Source: Podarcis muralis (taxonomy: Eukaryota). From it: 64,000 nt of DNA. The position numbers and the translations under genes were made by a program. The notes below the pieces were generated by a model that was not told the origin of the DNA, searched no databases, and was given only the letters and a program-made list of their open reading frames with translations. Positions 36,268 through 48,059 of the stretch are shown here, one piece after another. The stretch covers positions 46,748,001 to 46,812,000 of the forward strand of contig NC_135655.1 of the NCBI RefSeq assembly GCF_964188315.1, in the 5' to 3' direction. How positions within the stretch are numbered: position 1 is the first letter of the stretch; each line of letters starts with the position of its first letter.

Positions 36268-38343
36268 GGACTTCCGGGTTGGCGCCATCGCCGAATGGCG
36301 GACTCCCTCCGAGCTCCGGAGGGAGCCTGCTCGGCAGGGGCTGGGTCCTTCCGCGCCGGCGACGCGGGGACCCTTAAAAACCACGGGCACGGAGACCGTG
36401 GACATGGGTGACTCGGCTGGCACCGTTAGCGCCCTCCCGACTCGTGAAGGAGCCTTTTTAAAGGCTACGGATCGGGTGCCAGGGAGTGGCGTGGTGCTTT
36501 GAGTCCTCTGCTTTCCCTGCCGAGCGAAGCCGCATGCCATCCGGTGGAGAGCGCTGACTTCTTCCATTGAAAATTCGGACTTTTAACAACAACCCGTGAG
36601 TAATTGGGAAACCGGGTTTAAAAGGAGAAAAAAAGGAATCTTTTTTCGGATTTGGCACGAGCGGGGGGGGGGGGATCCAAAAAGGAAGTCAGTCCCCCTC
36701 CCTACTGTAAACATTTTAAAACAAGGACTGGGTAACCAAGGTCTAGAAAGAAGCGTATTTCTGACAAAAATTAAGAATTCCATGATGGAAAACTACAAGA
36801 ACTGTGCTGGAGGAGAAGAGTGGAGGGAGAAGGAAAACGTAACCCCCCCTGGGAACCGGGGCGATTTGTGAGAGAGCCTGGCGAAAAGAGACGGAGACTT
36901 TGACAGCTGTCAAAGTAGCTGTCAAAGTCGGAAAATTTAAAGAGGACTCTGCTATGAGGACTTTGCTAGTTAATTTCGTTACAATTTGCTACGATTTGGA
37001 TACAAAATGTTGAAAATATGGAACAACAATCGGTCTTTTGGATCAGAGGAAACAAAGCTACTACAATCCCCCTAGAGGGGTTTCGGGACATTACAAAGAT
37101 GGTCGTAAGTGGAAAAATACTCTTGGAATTGTACAGGACCTGTTATTTCCTGGGAAAGCTGCAAAACTGAAACAGTATTTTGTCTACAGGGGTGTTTATA
37201 TTAAAGGAGACAATAGAATTTTCTATTGAAGAAAGGAAGGGACTGAACGTAAGTTTTTGTTCCTGAATAACAACAACCCCTGTAGAGCTACTAAATTTCT
37301 GAATTAGAACGTTTTAGCAGCGGAACAAGACAAGAAACTGGACTACAACATGGAAAGAACAATAGGGGGAGCCTTAAAGACCAAGGAAACTAAAGGCCCT
37401 TAGGGGCCGTTTTTGGATTGGAGATTTGAAGTTAAATACCATAAAAATAACTTTAAAAAAACTGGCAAGGAACTGGGGGAAAATCTGATTATGGATCTAA
37501 GATTTCCAGGCAGACAACAGACAGACTGATGGACATGGGGAATTTAAACCGGGGAAGGGGGGGGGGAGATTTAGAATCCAAAGGCTGTGTAACTATTTTC
37601 TGAATTTTTTTATATATATACTTTTTATCTTTTATATCTTTATATAGTTTTTTATACTTTGTTGGGGCGTCTTTATTAAAAAAAAGGGAATTCGTGGAAG
37701 GAAAATGGGGTGGACTTTGGGGGGAGAATCTTTGACTTTTATCTAAGGTAATGATGATGCATAGGCGCCGACTCCATGGGGCTTGAGGGGGCCCGAGCCC
37801 CCTCAAAAATTCGTTTGGGGGGGCTCCGCCCCCCCAATAATCTCCGGCGCCCCTCCAGCAGAGCGCCATCGCCGCCCCTCCCCTAGCCCAAAATGCACAG
37901 GGAGGGGCGGGCTGCATGCCTCCTGCCCTCCCTCCCGAGCAAAAGCTCCACCCAGTTTCCTTTGGAGCTGATTAATAGGCGCAGCACGCTCTCCCCTATT
38001 CGCTCACGAGGAGGCGGCGCCACTTTATTTGCATATTCATGAGCTTATTTATTATTCATGAGCTTTCCCGGCCCCCCCCAATATTTTTTATAAGTCCGCG
38101 TCCCTGTGATGATGACTGTATAAATTTAAATCTGAATATTGGGTTAAACAAATTAAGTTTTAAATTGGGAGTGAGAGCTTGTAGAACCAACGTTATGAAA
38201 GGGGAATATGGTAGGGATGGGGGAGGGGGGAGTCCCAGAAAGTGGATAATGAAAGTAAGGTTTTAAATGTATTTTATTTTTGTTTTACTTTTTCTTTCTG
38301 TATTTTGGAAATTTCAATAAATATGATTTAAAAAAAAAAAAAG
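36268..38343 (+). mobile_element. L1-like non-autonomous retroelement: CpG-rich 5' end, poly(A), no long ORF
   Basis: Starts ggacttccgggttggcgccatc; ends aataaa...poly(A); 16-bp TSD aagaagagaagttcca (36252-36267 / 38344-38359). L1 assignment rests on TSD length, poly(A) and the purine-rich target. Confidence 0.8.
37760..38108. mobile_element. Non-autonomous inverted-repeat DNA element nested in the L1-like element
   Basis: Ends cataggcgccgac / gtccgcgtccctgtg; GC-rich interior; flanked by direct repeat atgatg. Confidence 0.7.
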
Positions 38344-38774
38344 AAGAAGAGAAGTTCCACCCTGAGAACATGCTGGCTGGGGGAATTCCCAAAACAGTTG
38401 ACAAACATGCATGAGTTGACAGCCAGGATGGCAGCAGAGAGCGAGGGGCTGCAACTGCTGCCCACCTGAAAAGAGTGAGCACCCATTTCTTCCTGTGTCC
38501 CTTTCACCCAGCCATCTCTGCAACATCTTTCCCTTTCCACCATGTGCTTCCCCATTCTCCATTCTATTCCTTCTCTGATTCTCCAAGCTCCACCTACATT
38601 CTAAAGGTAACTGCAATGACTGTTGCTATGGACAGAACCATCCCTTTCTTTGATGGTCTCATAAACAACCACCTTCTCATCTTTCTGGTCTGCTCTCAAC
38701 TGTGGGAAGCTTTTGGGGCTGGGATAAGAAGCCAAAGCAGGATGCTCTGGAGGTTGCTTTCCCAGTCAGAGAAA

Positions 38775-40955
38775 ATGACTAACCACCACACATGGCAACT
38801 GGTGCTGATCTTGTTGAATGTTTTGTGTGAGACTGCAGGTCAGAAACCACCACAAGGCTTTATGTATGCCTCTTACGAGGTGACCATCCCAAGAAAACTA
38901 GTCCCTAGGCATGGACAAGAACATCATGATGTCACCTACCTACTGCAGATTGAGGGGAAAGGCCATGTAGTGCATCTCAAGCAGAACAGGGGCTTTGTCC
39001 CTAAACACCTCCCTGTCTTCACTTACAGTAAGGAGGGAGACCTTCAGGTGGACTATCCTTTCATCAGAGATGACTGCTTCTACCGTGGCTTTGTACAAGA
39101 CAAGCCTTCCTCATGGGTCACCCTCAGCACTTGTTCAGGGGGCCTCAGGGGTCTGCTGCATTTAGAAAATGACACCTATGAAATTCAGCCTGTGCAGAGA
39201 TCTACTTCTCAACATGTGATGTATAGGTTGGAAGAAATAGAGGGTGCTGCACGTATGACATGTGGGTTAACAGGAGAAGAGCAAAGACATCAAGAGACCA
39301 TGATCCAAAAAACAGAGAATATAGTGGCTAGGGGTGCTCCAGAAGGAGGTTGGTGGACACACACCCGTTACGCAGAGGTCGCAATTGTTGTGGATTACGA
39401 AAGATATGTGAGAATTGATAGAAATGAAACTGTTGCTGCTATGCGAGTTCTAGATGTCATTCATGTTGCTAATTCATTATATGAGCCACTTGGTGTCGTC
39501 GTGACTCTTGTTGGATTGGAGATTTGGTCAGAAAAGAACCTCATTGTGATTGATAACAACATTAACACCCTGCTTTCCAATTTCAATGACTGGAGAACAA
39601 ACACCTTAAATAAACATCTAGAGAATGATGCTGCTCATTTATTTGTATATAAGGGCTTTGGACGTACGCGAGGATTATCATATTTAGGAACCATCTGTTG
39701 GACTGATCGGGCATGTGGTGTTGAATCATATGTTGGTTATAGTTTGTCTGATTTTTCTAATACATTTACTCATGAATTAGGACACAATCTTGGCATGCAG
39801 CATGATTCAAAATACTGTACTTGTGAACGACATGCCTGCATTATGGCTGCAGCTCAGGCAAACACTGATAAGTTTAGCAACTGCAGTTATCAGAATTATT
39901 TTGAGCTAAGGAACACTCCATGTTTGTTAATCCCACCAGAGCCTGATAAAATGTATAAACTCAAACACTGTGGTAACAAAGTAGTGGAAGATGGAGAGCA
40001 ATGTGACTGTGGTTCACCAGATCAATGCAAGTTGGATCCATGTTGCCAGTCTAATTGCATGCTACGCCCAGGTGCCACTTGTGCTTTTGGACGGTGTTGT
40101 GCTGAGTGTCAGTATCTTCCAGCTCATTATGTCTGCAGACAAGAGGTTAGCAGCTGTGATCTTCCTGAGTACTGCAATGGGACTTCAGAGTGGTGTCCTA
40201 AAGATGTTTATGTACAAGATGGCACCCCGTGTAGTGATGATGTATACTGCTATCATGGAAATTGCACAACTCACAGTGAGCAGTGCAAAATGATCTTTGG
40301 CAAGAAAGCAACAGCTGCTTCAAAGGCTTGCTTCAATGAACTGAATGGTCGAGGGGATCGCTTTGGCAACTGCGGCCTTAGACATGGAATTTATAAGAAA
40401 TGTAATGCTACGAATCTCCTGTGTGGTCGAATCCAATGTGATAATATTGACGAATTACCTTCTTTAGAGGAGCATAACACTATAATTCAAACACAATCTG
40501 GAGATAGACAATGCTGGGGTACTGACTACCACAGTGGGATTCAAATACTCGATATTGGAGCAGTGAGAGATGGGACTCCTTGTGGCACTGATATGATTTG
40601 CATTAATAGGCAGTGCAAGAGTGTATCCCTCTTGAACTATGATTGTCATTTCAAAAAGTGCCACTATAGGGGTATATGCAACACTTACAAACATTGTCAT
40701 TGTGATTATGGCTGGGCTCCTCCAGATTGTCTCAGTGAAGGCTATGGTGGCAGCATTGATAGTGGACCCCCTCCACCACAGAATATTTTTAGCCCTAATT
40801 CCAGCACAGCAGCAATTATAGGAGTAATTATATTTGTTTTTTGTGTTCTTGTTGTTCTGGGTATTTATTTCAGGAAGCACTTGAGAGAAATGTTTGTCAG
40901 ATTGAGAGAAAGAAAGCATGAGCAAGATATTAAAAAAGAAGAAAGTCCAGACTAA
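38775..40955 (+). CDS. ADAM20/21-like copy E (~726 aa), mosaic gene
   Basis: True ATG at 38775 (aaaATG; signal MTNHHTWQLVLILL); HELGHNLGMQHD; [20 protein letters not shown] and basic tail. Near-identical to B for about 535 aa. Confidence 0.92.
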   Translation: MTNHHTWQLVLILLNVLCETAGQKPPQGFMYASYEVTIPRKLVPRHGQEHHDVTYLLQIEGKGHVVHLKQNRGFVPKHLPVFTYSKEGDLQVDYPFIRDDCFYRGFVQDKPSSWVTLSTCSGGLRGLLHLENDTYEIQPVQRSTSQHVMYRLEEIEGAARMTCGLTGEEQRHQETMIQKTENIVARGAPEGGWWTHTRYAEVAIVVDYERYVRIDRNETVAAMRVLDVIHVANSLYEPLGVVVTLVGLEIWSEKNLIVIDNNINTLLSNFNDWRTNTLNKHLENDAAHLFVYKGFGRTRGLSYLGTICWTDRACGVESYVGYSLSDFSNTFTHELGHNLGMQHDSKYCTCERHACIMAAAQANTDKFSNCSYQNYFELRNTPCLLIPPEPDKMYKLKHCGNKVVEDGEQCDCGSPDQCKLDPCCQSNCMLRPGATCAFGRCCAECQYLPAHYVCRQEVSSCDLPEYCNGTSEWCPKDVYVQDGTPCSDDVYCYHGNCTTHSEQCKMIFGKKATAASKACFNELNGRGDRFGNCGLRHGIYKKCNATNLLCGRIQCDNIDELPSLEEHNTIIQTQSGDRQCWGTDYHSGIQILDIGAVRDGTPCGTDMICINRQCKSVSLLNYDCHFKKCHYRGICNTYKHCHCDYGWAPPDCLSEGYGGSIDSGPPPPQNIFSPNSSTAAIIGVIIFVFCVLVVLGIYFRKHLREMFVRLRERKHEQDIKKEESPD

Positions 40956-41031
40956 ATCACAGAATTGAACAATGCATTGAATGTGCCAAACAGATGTGCA
41001 TGAAATAATGGACCATATCATGCAGAATGTG

Positions 41032-41509
41032 GCACCATAGTTAATACACTTATTGGCAATGAGAACTGCTGGGGAACAGACTACCACAGTGGAAGGGTAT
41101 ACCTGATATTGAAGCAGTGAGAGATGGGACTCCTTGTGGCAAGAACATGATGTGTATTAATGTCGAGTGCAAGAGGGTGGTCCCTCTCGAAATATGATTG
41201 TAATGTCACGAAGTGCCATTATAGGGGAATATGCAACAACTACCAATATTGTCATTGTGTTTCTGGCTGGGCCCCTCCTGACTGTCTAAACCTGATATTG
41301 GAGCAGTGAGAGATAGGACTCCTTGTGGCAAGAGCATGATGTATATTAAGGGGAATGCTAGAATGTGCCATTCATGTGTAGATGAAGGCTATTGTGGGAG
41401 CATTGACAGTGGCCCTCCTCCACCAAACCAGGACACTGTCATTGCAGGAACTGCTGAAGGAATTGAATATGTTATTAGTGCTATAGCTGGTGTGTGCCTA
41501 GTGATGTGA
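41032..41509 (+). pseudogene. ADAM Cys-rich/EGF/TM fragment(s) (E-psi) with internal re-start
   Basis: gcaccatagttaatacac...CWGTDYHSG...; EGF part nearly matches copy C (aacaactaccaa...gtttctggctgg); cctgatattggagcagtgagag segment repeated at ~41290; frameshifts. Confidence 0.85.
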
Positions 41510-41824
41510 GGTGAGAATATTCTTGAGAATGAGAATATTCTTGAGAATATTCTCTGCTAGAAAATTATCCAGAGAATATTCTCCACAAACTGTAAATTCA
41601 AATGTAAGAACCAGTTTTACAACCCACATTAAAAAAATCTAGTAAATAATAAGTCAAGCTGTGATATTGCCAGTGTAAGTAATGAAAAATGAGTTACATT
41701 ACTGGGCATTGTGTCACTCATCATTGGCAGTTCTGAAATGTGAGCTACAGAATTTTTATTTTTAGTTTTAAAAATGCTATTCATTTAATTTCATGAACAT
41801 TTGAATTTGTATGTATTTCAACTA

Positions 41825-42050
41825 CAGTGGTACCTCAGGTTACATACGCTTCAGGTTACAGACTCCGCTAACCCAGAAATAGTGCTTCAGGTTAAGAACT
41901 TTGCTTCAGGATGAGAACAGAAATTGTGCTCTGGCGGCGCAGCGGCAGCAGGAGGCCCCATTAGATAAAGTGGTGCTTTAGGTTAAGAACAGTTTCAGGT
42001 TAAGTACGGACCTCCAGAATGAATTAAGTACTTAACCCGAGGTACCACTG
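41825..42050. mobile_element. CAGTGGTACC-family MITE
   Basis: TIRs and TA flanks. Confidence 0.9.
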
Positions 42051-42058
42051 TATATGTA

Positions 42059-42405
42059 CAGTGGTGCCCCGCAAGACGAATGCCTTGCAAGACGGAAAAC
42101 CCGCTAGACGAAAGGGTTTTCTGTTTCTGAGTTGCTTCGCAAGACGATTTTCCCTATGGGCTTGCTTCGCAAGACGAAACGTCTTGCTAGTCTTGCGATT
42201 TCCCCCCCGCTTCCCCCCCCCTTTTTCTAAGCCGCTAAGCCGCTAATAGCCTTTTAGCAGCTTAGCCGCTAATCCTTTAATAGCCGCTAAACCACTAATA
42301 GCGCTAATCCGCTTAGCCGCTAATAGGGTTGCTTCGCAAGACGAAAAAACCGCTAGACAAAGAGAAGCGCGGAACGGATTATTTTCGTCTTGCGAGGCAC
42401 CACTG
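42059..42405. mobile_element. CAGTGGTGCC/GCAAGACG-family MITE with internal (AGCCGCTAA)-like repeats
   Basis: TIRs, TA flanks; same family as 25302-25656; 8 bp from the previous MITE. Confidence 0.9.
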
Positions 42406-44399
42406 TAATAGCCTTTTTTCTATTTTGGTGTGACCTTATTATTAGCAATTCTATACCCTTGGTCATACAGTGTTTTGTTTTGTTTTTTACATAAAGTAGC
42501 TTTAATGCTTTATACACTTAAAGTACCTATACAATTGTGTGTAACAGCATGTGAAGTGGCCTTGATTTAAACAGTTGACATTTCTATATTTTTATTTATC
42601 AAAGAATATGAATTCACCGCATTGCCCCATTAAATAAAAGTATCTGTACAGTTTTTGTTTGCCATCTGAACAAGTTTACCCATAAATAAACATGTATATT
42701 AACTAATATCATTTCCAATGCATTAAAATGAATATTCTATTTTAAATGGAAATTCTCTAATATTCTCATTAATTGAGAATATTCTTCAAAAGATTATTCT
42801 CTAAAATTTAACATCACTATGTTTGCCTGTGTGTTTATTTGAGATATGGACTGATGCAATGCTGGAGAAGACAGGGCAAGAACCCATCCAACTGAACACA
42901 ATCAGGAAGCAAGTGCACAGCAGATTACTGAACTGAACAATGACAGAATATATAAAAAGTGTGAAAGGGAAATATGCAGATATATTTGACTTTGCAAGTC
43001 TTTCACCAGTTCTTAATAATTGCATTTGGATGTACGGTAATTTGTATTCCTGTCACATCAGTATATGGAAATCTTGTGTTTATCAATAAGAGATAACAAG
43101 TGGAGTTCCACAACAAAACATTTCAACTGATTGCTGATGTATGTGTATGTCATCTGATTGCTTGTAGTTGAGGGTGGGTGAGAGCATAAAATACAGTAGT
43201 CAGTGATTTAATCTGGGTCATGTACAACGTATGTTTGATTTCTTTGAAAGGCAACTGGGTACTTAATTTGGTCTAGGAGGAGGTCTGAGAGGGCAATTTA
43301 AGTCATTTAGCGTTTGACAAGGAGTTTAGAGGAGGGTCTGAGGTTGGTTAGGATTTCCACTTAAAATCCCCCACACTTCAGAATGCGTCACATATAATTG
43401 TTATTAACTTATTCCCTCCTAACACAAACCCAGCTTTCACTGGCATGCAGAATCTTTGTGCTCATTTAGCACACTACCCACACTAGTGTGGGCTGTACTG
43501 GTAGGCTATCTCACATGAAACTTGGATGCACAGTGGCCTGCCTAAGCCCCCAGAGGTCCTCTTATTTGACTATGGATCATGCCCAATGCCCCTCCCCAAC
43601 CACAAGAGATGGGAAGCTCAGTTGACTGGCTCCCTGCCAACTCAACTCTGACCACAACCAATTGACCAGGCTAGCCTGTACGTTCAACAAGGGTTGTATT
43701 CGACAAAGCAATAAGATGAATGGTTTATTAATACAAAGATTTTGCCTACTGGCCCAAATGTTTGATCCTATCTGAAGACTGTCTTTTTTTAAAAAAGGAA
43801 TTATTTTTTGATAGGTTTTTCTAGTCATAAATAAATACATATACATTTTAAAGTCTGGGGGAGGCCGAGCTGCAGCAACTTTCACCCAGTATCACTTCTG
43901 CTGTATACTCATTACAACCTGCTGCTCCTCACATCCCATATTCTGCTGGTAGAGGTTGCTCCTGTTTATGTGCTACATGATTCCTTCAAATCATGTACCA
44001 AGAAAACAATGTGTACTCCCAGAATGTTTAGTAATGTGGCTACAGTGTATTTCTGTAAATGCCTACCACACATCTCTGTTACTCCATTGTCAGTTTCTCT
44101 GTTTTTTTTATCTGTTGCATCTCATGTTCCTATCACACCTAATTCTTCTTCCTGAAATGCTTTCAGCCAATCATCTTCAGGCACCTTTCCCTTTCCTTTG
44201 CCATTTTCCTCCATTTTGTTCTATCCATCACTGACCAAGCTCCATGCACATTCAAACTATAACCTACTCTCTCACCATTCTGCTCTGTCCTTTACCAAGC
44301 TCCACCTACATTCCAATTGTAAAGCTACTAACTCCTTGCAAGGAACAGAATATATTTCCTCATCTGCTGCCCATTCTGCCCCGGAGTGGGGTGCTCTAG

Positions 44400-44667
44400 A
44401 GGACTTTTTCCTATCAGACAAAGCGTTGATAATGATCCTATGGAGGAGACTCAGTGAGTCCAATGGTCAGACATTGCCTCAGGACTTTAGGCATAGCTCT
44501 TACAATGTGATCATCCCCATGAAACTGACCTCCAGATGTGGAAAACAAGAACCCCGAGACATTACCTAGCTGCTCAGTTTGAGGGAAAGAGCCATGTGCT
44601 GAAGCTCAGGCAAAAGAGGGGCCTTGTCCCTAAAAATGTACCAGTCTTCACTTACACTAAAAAGGGG
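44400..44667 (+). pseudogene. ADAM 5' fragment (F-psi): signal and prodomain start only
   Basis: GQTLPQDFRHSSYNVIIPMKLTSRCGKQEPRDIT* then ...ctcaggcaaaagaggggccttgtccctaaa...gtcttcacttacactaaaaagggg; degenerate upstream block at 44230-44350; homology stops abruptly. Confidence 0.82.
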
Positions 44668-45259
44668 TCTTTTACGGTAACTCCTAAGGTCCCAGGTTTT
44701 CCTGGGTGAGAACTTGACCAAGATCTAAATACAAAAGGGGGGGGGGCGAACCTAGGTACTAACCCATGGGTTATATCCGCATATCCCACATCCTCCAGTC
44801 TACTCTCAGAATATTAGTAAAATTCCAAAGAAGGTCCCTTCATCAAATGGATGTTTTGCACCTACCCCAAATCCTGCATGCCATACGTGTCTATTATTAC
44901 ACTGTCAACATATTGAACTATCTCCCATTTCTTGGTCCCCTGCTTCTCAACTTCCCATTGCACTTGCCTCTTCTTCCCATAACCCTTTAACCCAGCTATC
45001 TCTATTACACCTTTCCCTTTCCACCATGTGCTTCCCTATTCTCCATTCTATTATTTCTCTGATTCTCCAGGCTCCGCCTACATTCTAAAGGTAACTGCAA
45101 TGACTGTTGCCAGGGTCAGAATCCTCCCTTCCCTTGTCTAGCTCACACCTTCTCATCTTCTTTCTGGTCTGCTCTCAGCTGAGTTGTGGGAGGCTTTGGG
45201 GGCTGGGATAGAAAGCTAGAGCAGGGTATTCTGGAGCTTGCTTTCCACTGCCAGGGAAA

Positions 45260-47431
45260 ATGACTAGCCACCATGTGTGGCTGCTAGTGCTGATTTCATT
45301 CAATGTTGTGAGTGGGAATGCAGATCAGAAACCACCACAGGGTTTTAGATATGCCTCTTATGAGGTGACCATCCCAAAGAAATTGACCCCTAGATATGGA
45401 GAACAAAATCCCCATGATGTCACCTACCTATTGCAAATTGAGGGAAAAGAGCATGTGATTCATCTCAAGCAAAAGAGGGGCTTTGTCCCTAAACATTTCC
45501 CTGTCTTCACTTACAGTAAGGAAGGGGACCTCCAGACGGACTATCCTTTCATAAGAGATGACTGCTTCTACCGTGGCTTTGTCCAAGGCAAGCCTTCCTC
45601 TTGGGTTACCCTCAGCACTTGTTCAGGGGGCCTCAGGGGTCTGCTGCACTTAGAAAATGACACCTATGAAATTGAGCCTATTCAGGGATCTACTACTTCT
45701 CAGCACATGGTATATAGGTTGGAAGAAAAGGAGGATACTATCCGTATGAGGTGTGGGCTAACAGAGGAAGAACAACGTCGTCAAGAGGCCATGATCCCGG
45801 AGAGAGAGCATTTACCAGCCAAACGTTCTGAAAATGACTGGTGGACAGACTCCAGGTATGTAGAAGTTGCAATTGTGGTGGAACAAAAGCTATATATACA
45901 GCTTGGGAGAAATCAAACTTTGACCAGTGCACGTGTTCTAGAGATAGTCCATACTGCCAATGCATTCTTTAAGCCTCTTGGTGTTGTTTTGTCTGTAGCT
46001 GGCTTGGAGATATGGTCAGAAAAGAACCTCATAGCAATTGCTGATAAAATGTCACAATTACTTGAAACTTTCAATACTTGGAGAAAAAACACACTAAATA
46101 AACATTTACCTAATGATGCCGGTCACTTATTTGTACATAAGCTGTATGGACAGACAGCTGGATTAGCATTCACAGCAACAATTTGTAGCTCTCACTGGGC
46201 ATCTGGTGTTGAATCTTATGTGGGTTACAGTGTGTCCTTTTTTGCTGTGCTTTTTGCCCATGAATTAGGACATAATCTTGGCATGCAACATGATGGAACA
46301 TACTGTACTTGTGAACGAAAATCCTGCATTATGGCTGCTTTTCCAGATGAAGTCGATCAGTTTAGCAATTGCAGTTATAACGATTATTATAAACTAAGGA
46401 ACTCTAACTGCTTGCTCACTTCACCAACAGCTGGTCAAAAAAATAATCTCAATTACTGTGGCAACGAAATAGTGGAAGATGAAGAGCAATGCGACTGTGG
46501 CTCACCAGCTAAGTGTAAGTCAGATCCATGTTGCCAATCTAATTGTAGGCTGAGTCCAGGTGCCACTTGTGCTTTTGGACAGTGCTGCACTAAGTGTCAG
46601 TATCTTCCAGCTGGAACTATTTGCAGAGCGAAAACTAGCAACTGTGATCTTCCTGAGTACTGCAACGGGTCATCACAATTGTGTCCTGAAGATGTTTATA
46701 TGCAAGATGGTGCCCCATGCAATAGTGCTGTACACTGTTATCATGGGAATTGCGCTACTCACAGTGAGCAGTGCAAAATGATCTTTGGCAAGAAAGCATC
46801 AGCTGCTTCAGACAATTGCTTCAAAGTAATGAATGCTCGTGGTGATCGCTTTGGCAACTGTGGCCTGGGACTTGGAACTTACAAGAAATGTAATGCTGAG
46901 AATGTCCTGTGTGGGCAAATCCAGTGCACTAACGTGCAGACACTTCCTTCTCTGGTGGAACACCGCACCATAATTCAAACCTTAATTGGCAGTACCCAAT
47001 GCTGGGGTGCCGATTACCACTTTGGAATGGATATAATCGATACTGCAGCGGTGAGAGATGGCACCCCTTGTGGGACTGGCATGTTGTGCATTAGTAGGGA
47101 ATGCAAGAGCATGTCCCTCTTGAAGTATGATTGTAATGTGTCAAAGTGCCATAATCGGGGGAAATGCAACAACCACAAACATTGTCATTGTGATTATGGC
47201 TGGGCTCCTCCTGACTGTCTCAATAAAGGCTACGGTGGCAGCATTGACAGTGGACCAGCTCCACAAGGCATGAGTGGTACCGTGATAGCAATTATTATAG
47301 GAACTGCATTTGTCATTTTTGCTGCTATTGGCCTGACTTTGTTTTACAGGACTATTCTGCTATATCACTTAAGAAGACTGATTTCAAGAATCCATCCAAT
47401 AGAATCAATGCAGGAAGTAAGCACACAGTAG
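45260..47431 (+). CDS. ADAM20/21-like copy G (723 aa)
   Basis: Open ORF; signal peptide; MRCGLT; HELGHNLGMQHD; CIM; disintegrin, Cys-rich, EGF, TM and tail. Confidence 0.93.
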   Translation: MTSHHVWLLVLISFNVVSGNADQKPPQGFRYASYEVTIPKKLTPRYGEQNPHDVTYLLQIEGKEHVIHLKQKRGFVPKHFPVFTYSKEGDLQTDYPFIRDDCFYRGFVQGKPSSWVTLSTCSGGLRGLLHLENDTYEIEPIQGSTTSQHMVYRLEEKEDTIRMRCGLTEEEQRRQEAMIPEREHLPAKRSENDWWTDSRYVEVAIVVEQKLYIQLGRNQTLTSARVLEIVHTANAFFKPLGVVLSVAGLEIWSEKNLIAIADKMSQLLETFNTWRKNTLNKHLPNDAGHLFVHKLYGQTAGLAFTATICSSHWASGVESYVGYSVSFFAVLFAHELGHNLGMQHDGTYCTCERKSCIMAAFPDEVDQFSNCSYNDYYKLRNSNCLLTSPTAGQKNNLNYCGNEIVEDEEQCDCGSPAKCKSDPCCQSNCRLSPGATCAFGQCCTKCQYLPAGTICRAKTSNCDLPEYCNGSSQLCPEDVYMQDGAPCNSAVHCYHGNCATHSEQCKMIFGKKASAASDNCFKVMNARGDRFGNCGLGLGTYKKCNAENVLCGQIQCTNVQTLPSLVEHRTIIQTLIGSTQCWGADYHFGMDIIDTAAVRDGTPCGTGMLCISRECKSMSLLKYDCNVSKCHNRGKCNNHKHCHCDYGWAPPDCLNKGYGGSIDSGPAPQGMSGTVIAIIIGTAFVIFAAIGLTLFYRTILLYHLRRLISRIHPIESMQEVSTQ

Positions 47432-47782
47432 ATCAGAGAAGTGAACAATGCACTCGCTATATCAAAAACTGAGAAAGGAAATTAAGTAGAGTAATATGCA
47501 AAACATATATTTGTGTCTGTAAGGTTTTCATTAGCATTTTTAAACTGATCTTTGATGTAATTTATCTCTAGATAAAATATTGCTCTCACTGAAAAACCCC
47601 CACAATATGTATATATGTGTGCATATACATATACACATAAACACTTTCAAAGCTCTCTGTAACACCCATTTTTTAAAAACAAAACAAAACACCATGATAA
47701 TGAATGACATAAAATAAGAACATAGGAAGTTGCCTTGTATTGAGTCAGACCTTTGGTCCATCTAACTCAGTATTGTCTACAC

Positions 47783-47918
47783 CAGGCACAGGCAAACTTG
47801 GCCCTCCAGATGTTTTGGGACTACAACTCCCATCATCCCTGACCACTGGTCCTGTTAGCTAGGGATGATGTGAGTTGTAGTTCCAAAACATCTGGAAGGC
47901 CAAGTTTGCCTATGCCTG
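47783..47918. mobile_element. hAT-type MITE
   Basis: TIR caggcacaggcaaacttggcc / ggccaagtttgcctatgcctg; perfect 8-bp TSD gtctacac. Confidence 0.9.
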
Positions 47919-48059
47919 GTCTACACTGACTCCAGGATTTCAGACTGAGGTCTCTCCAAGCCTTACCTGGAAATGTTAGGGATTGAACCTGAGACATTAT
48001 GCATACAAAGCAGATGTTCTACCACTGACCTAGGGTTCTTCACCATTATCTGGCAAAGA

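Noticed and set aside
38475-38774. 100-aa N-terminal extension of ADAM-E (similar extensions at 4319 and 30013)
   Set aside because: These use non-ATG starts and run through the conserved upstream block; the signal peptide and paralog alignment begin at the downstream ATG.
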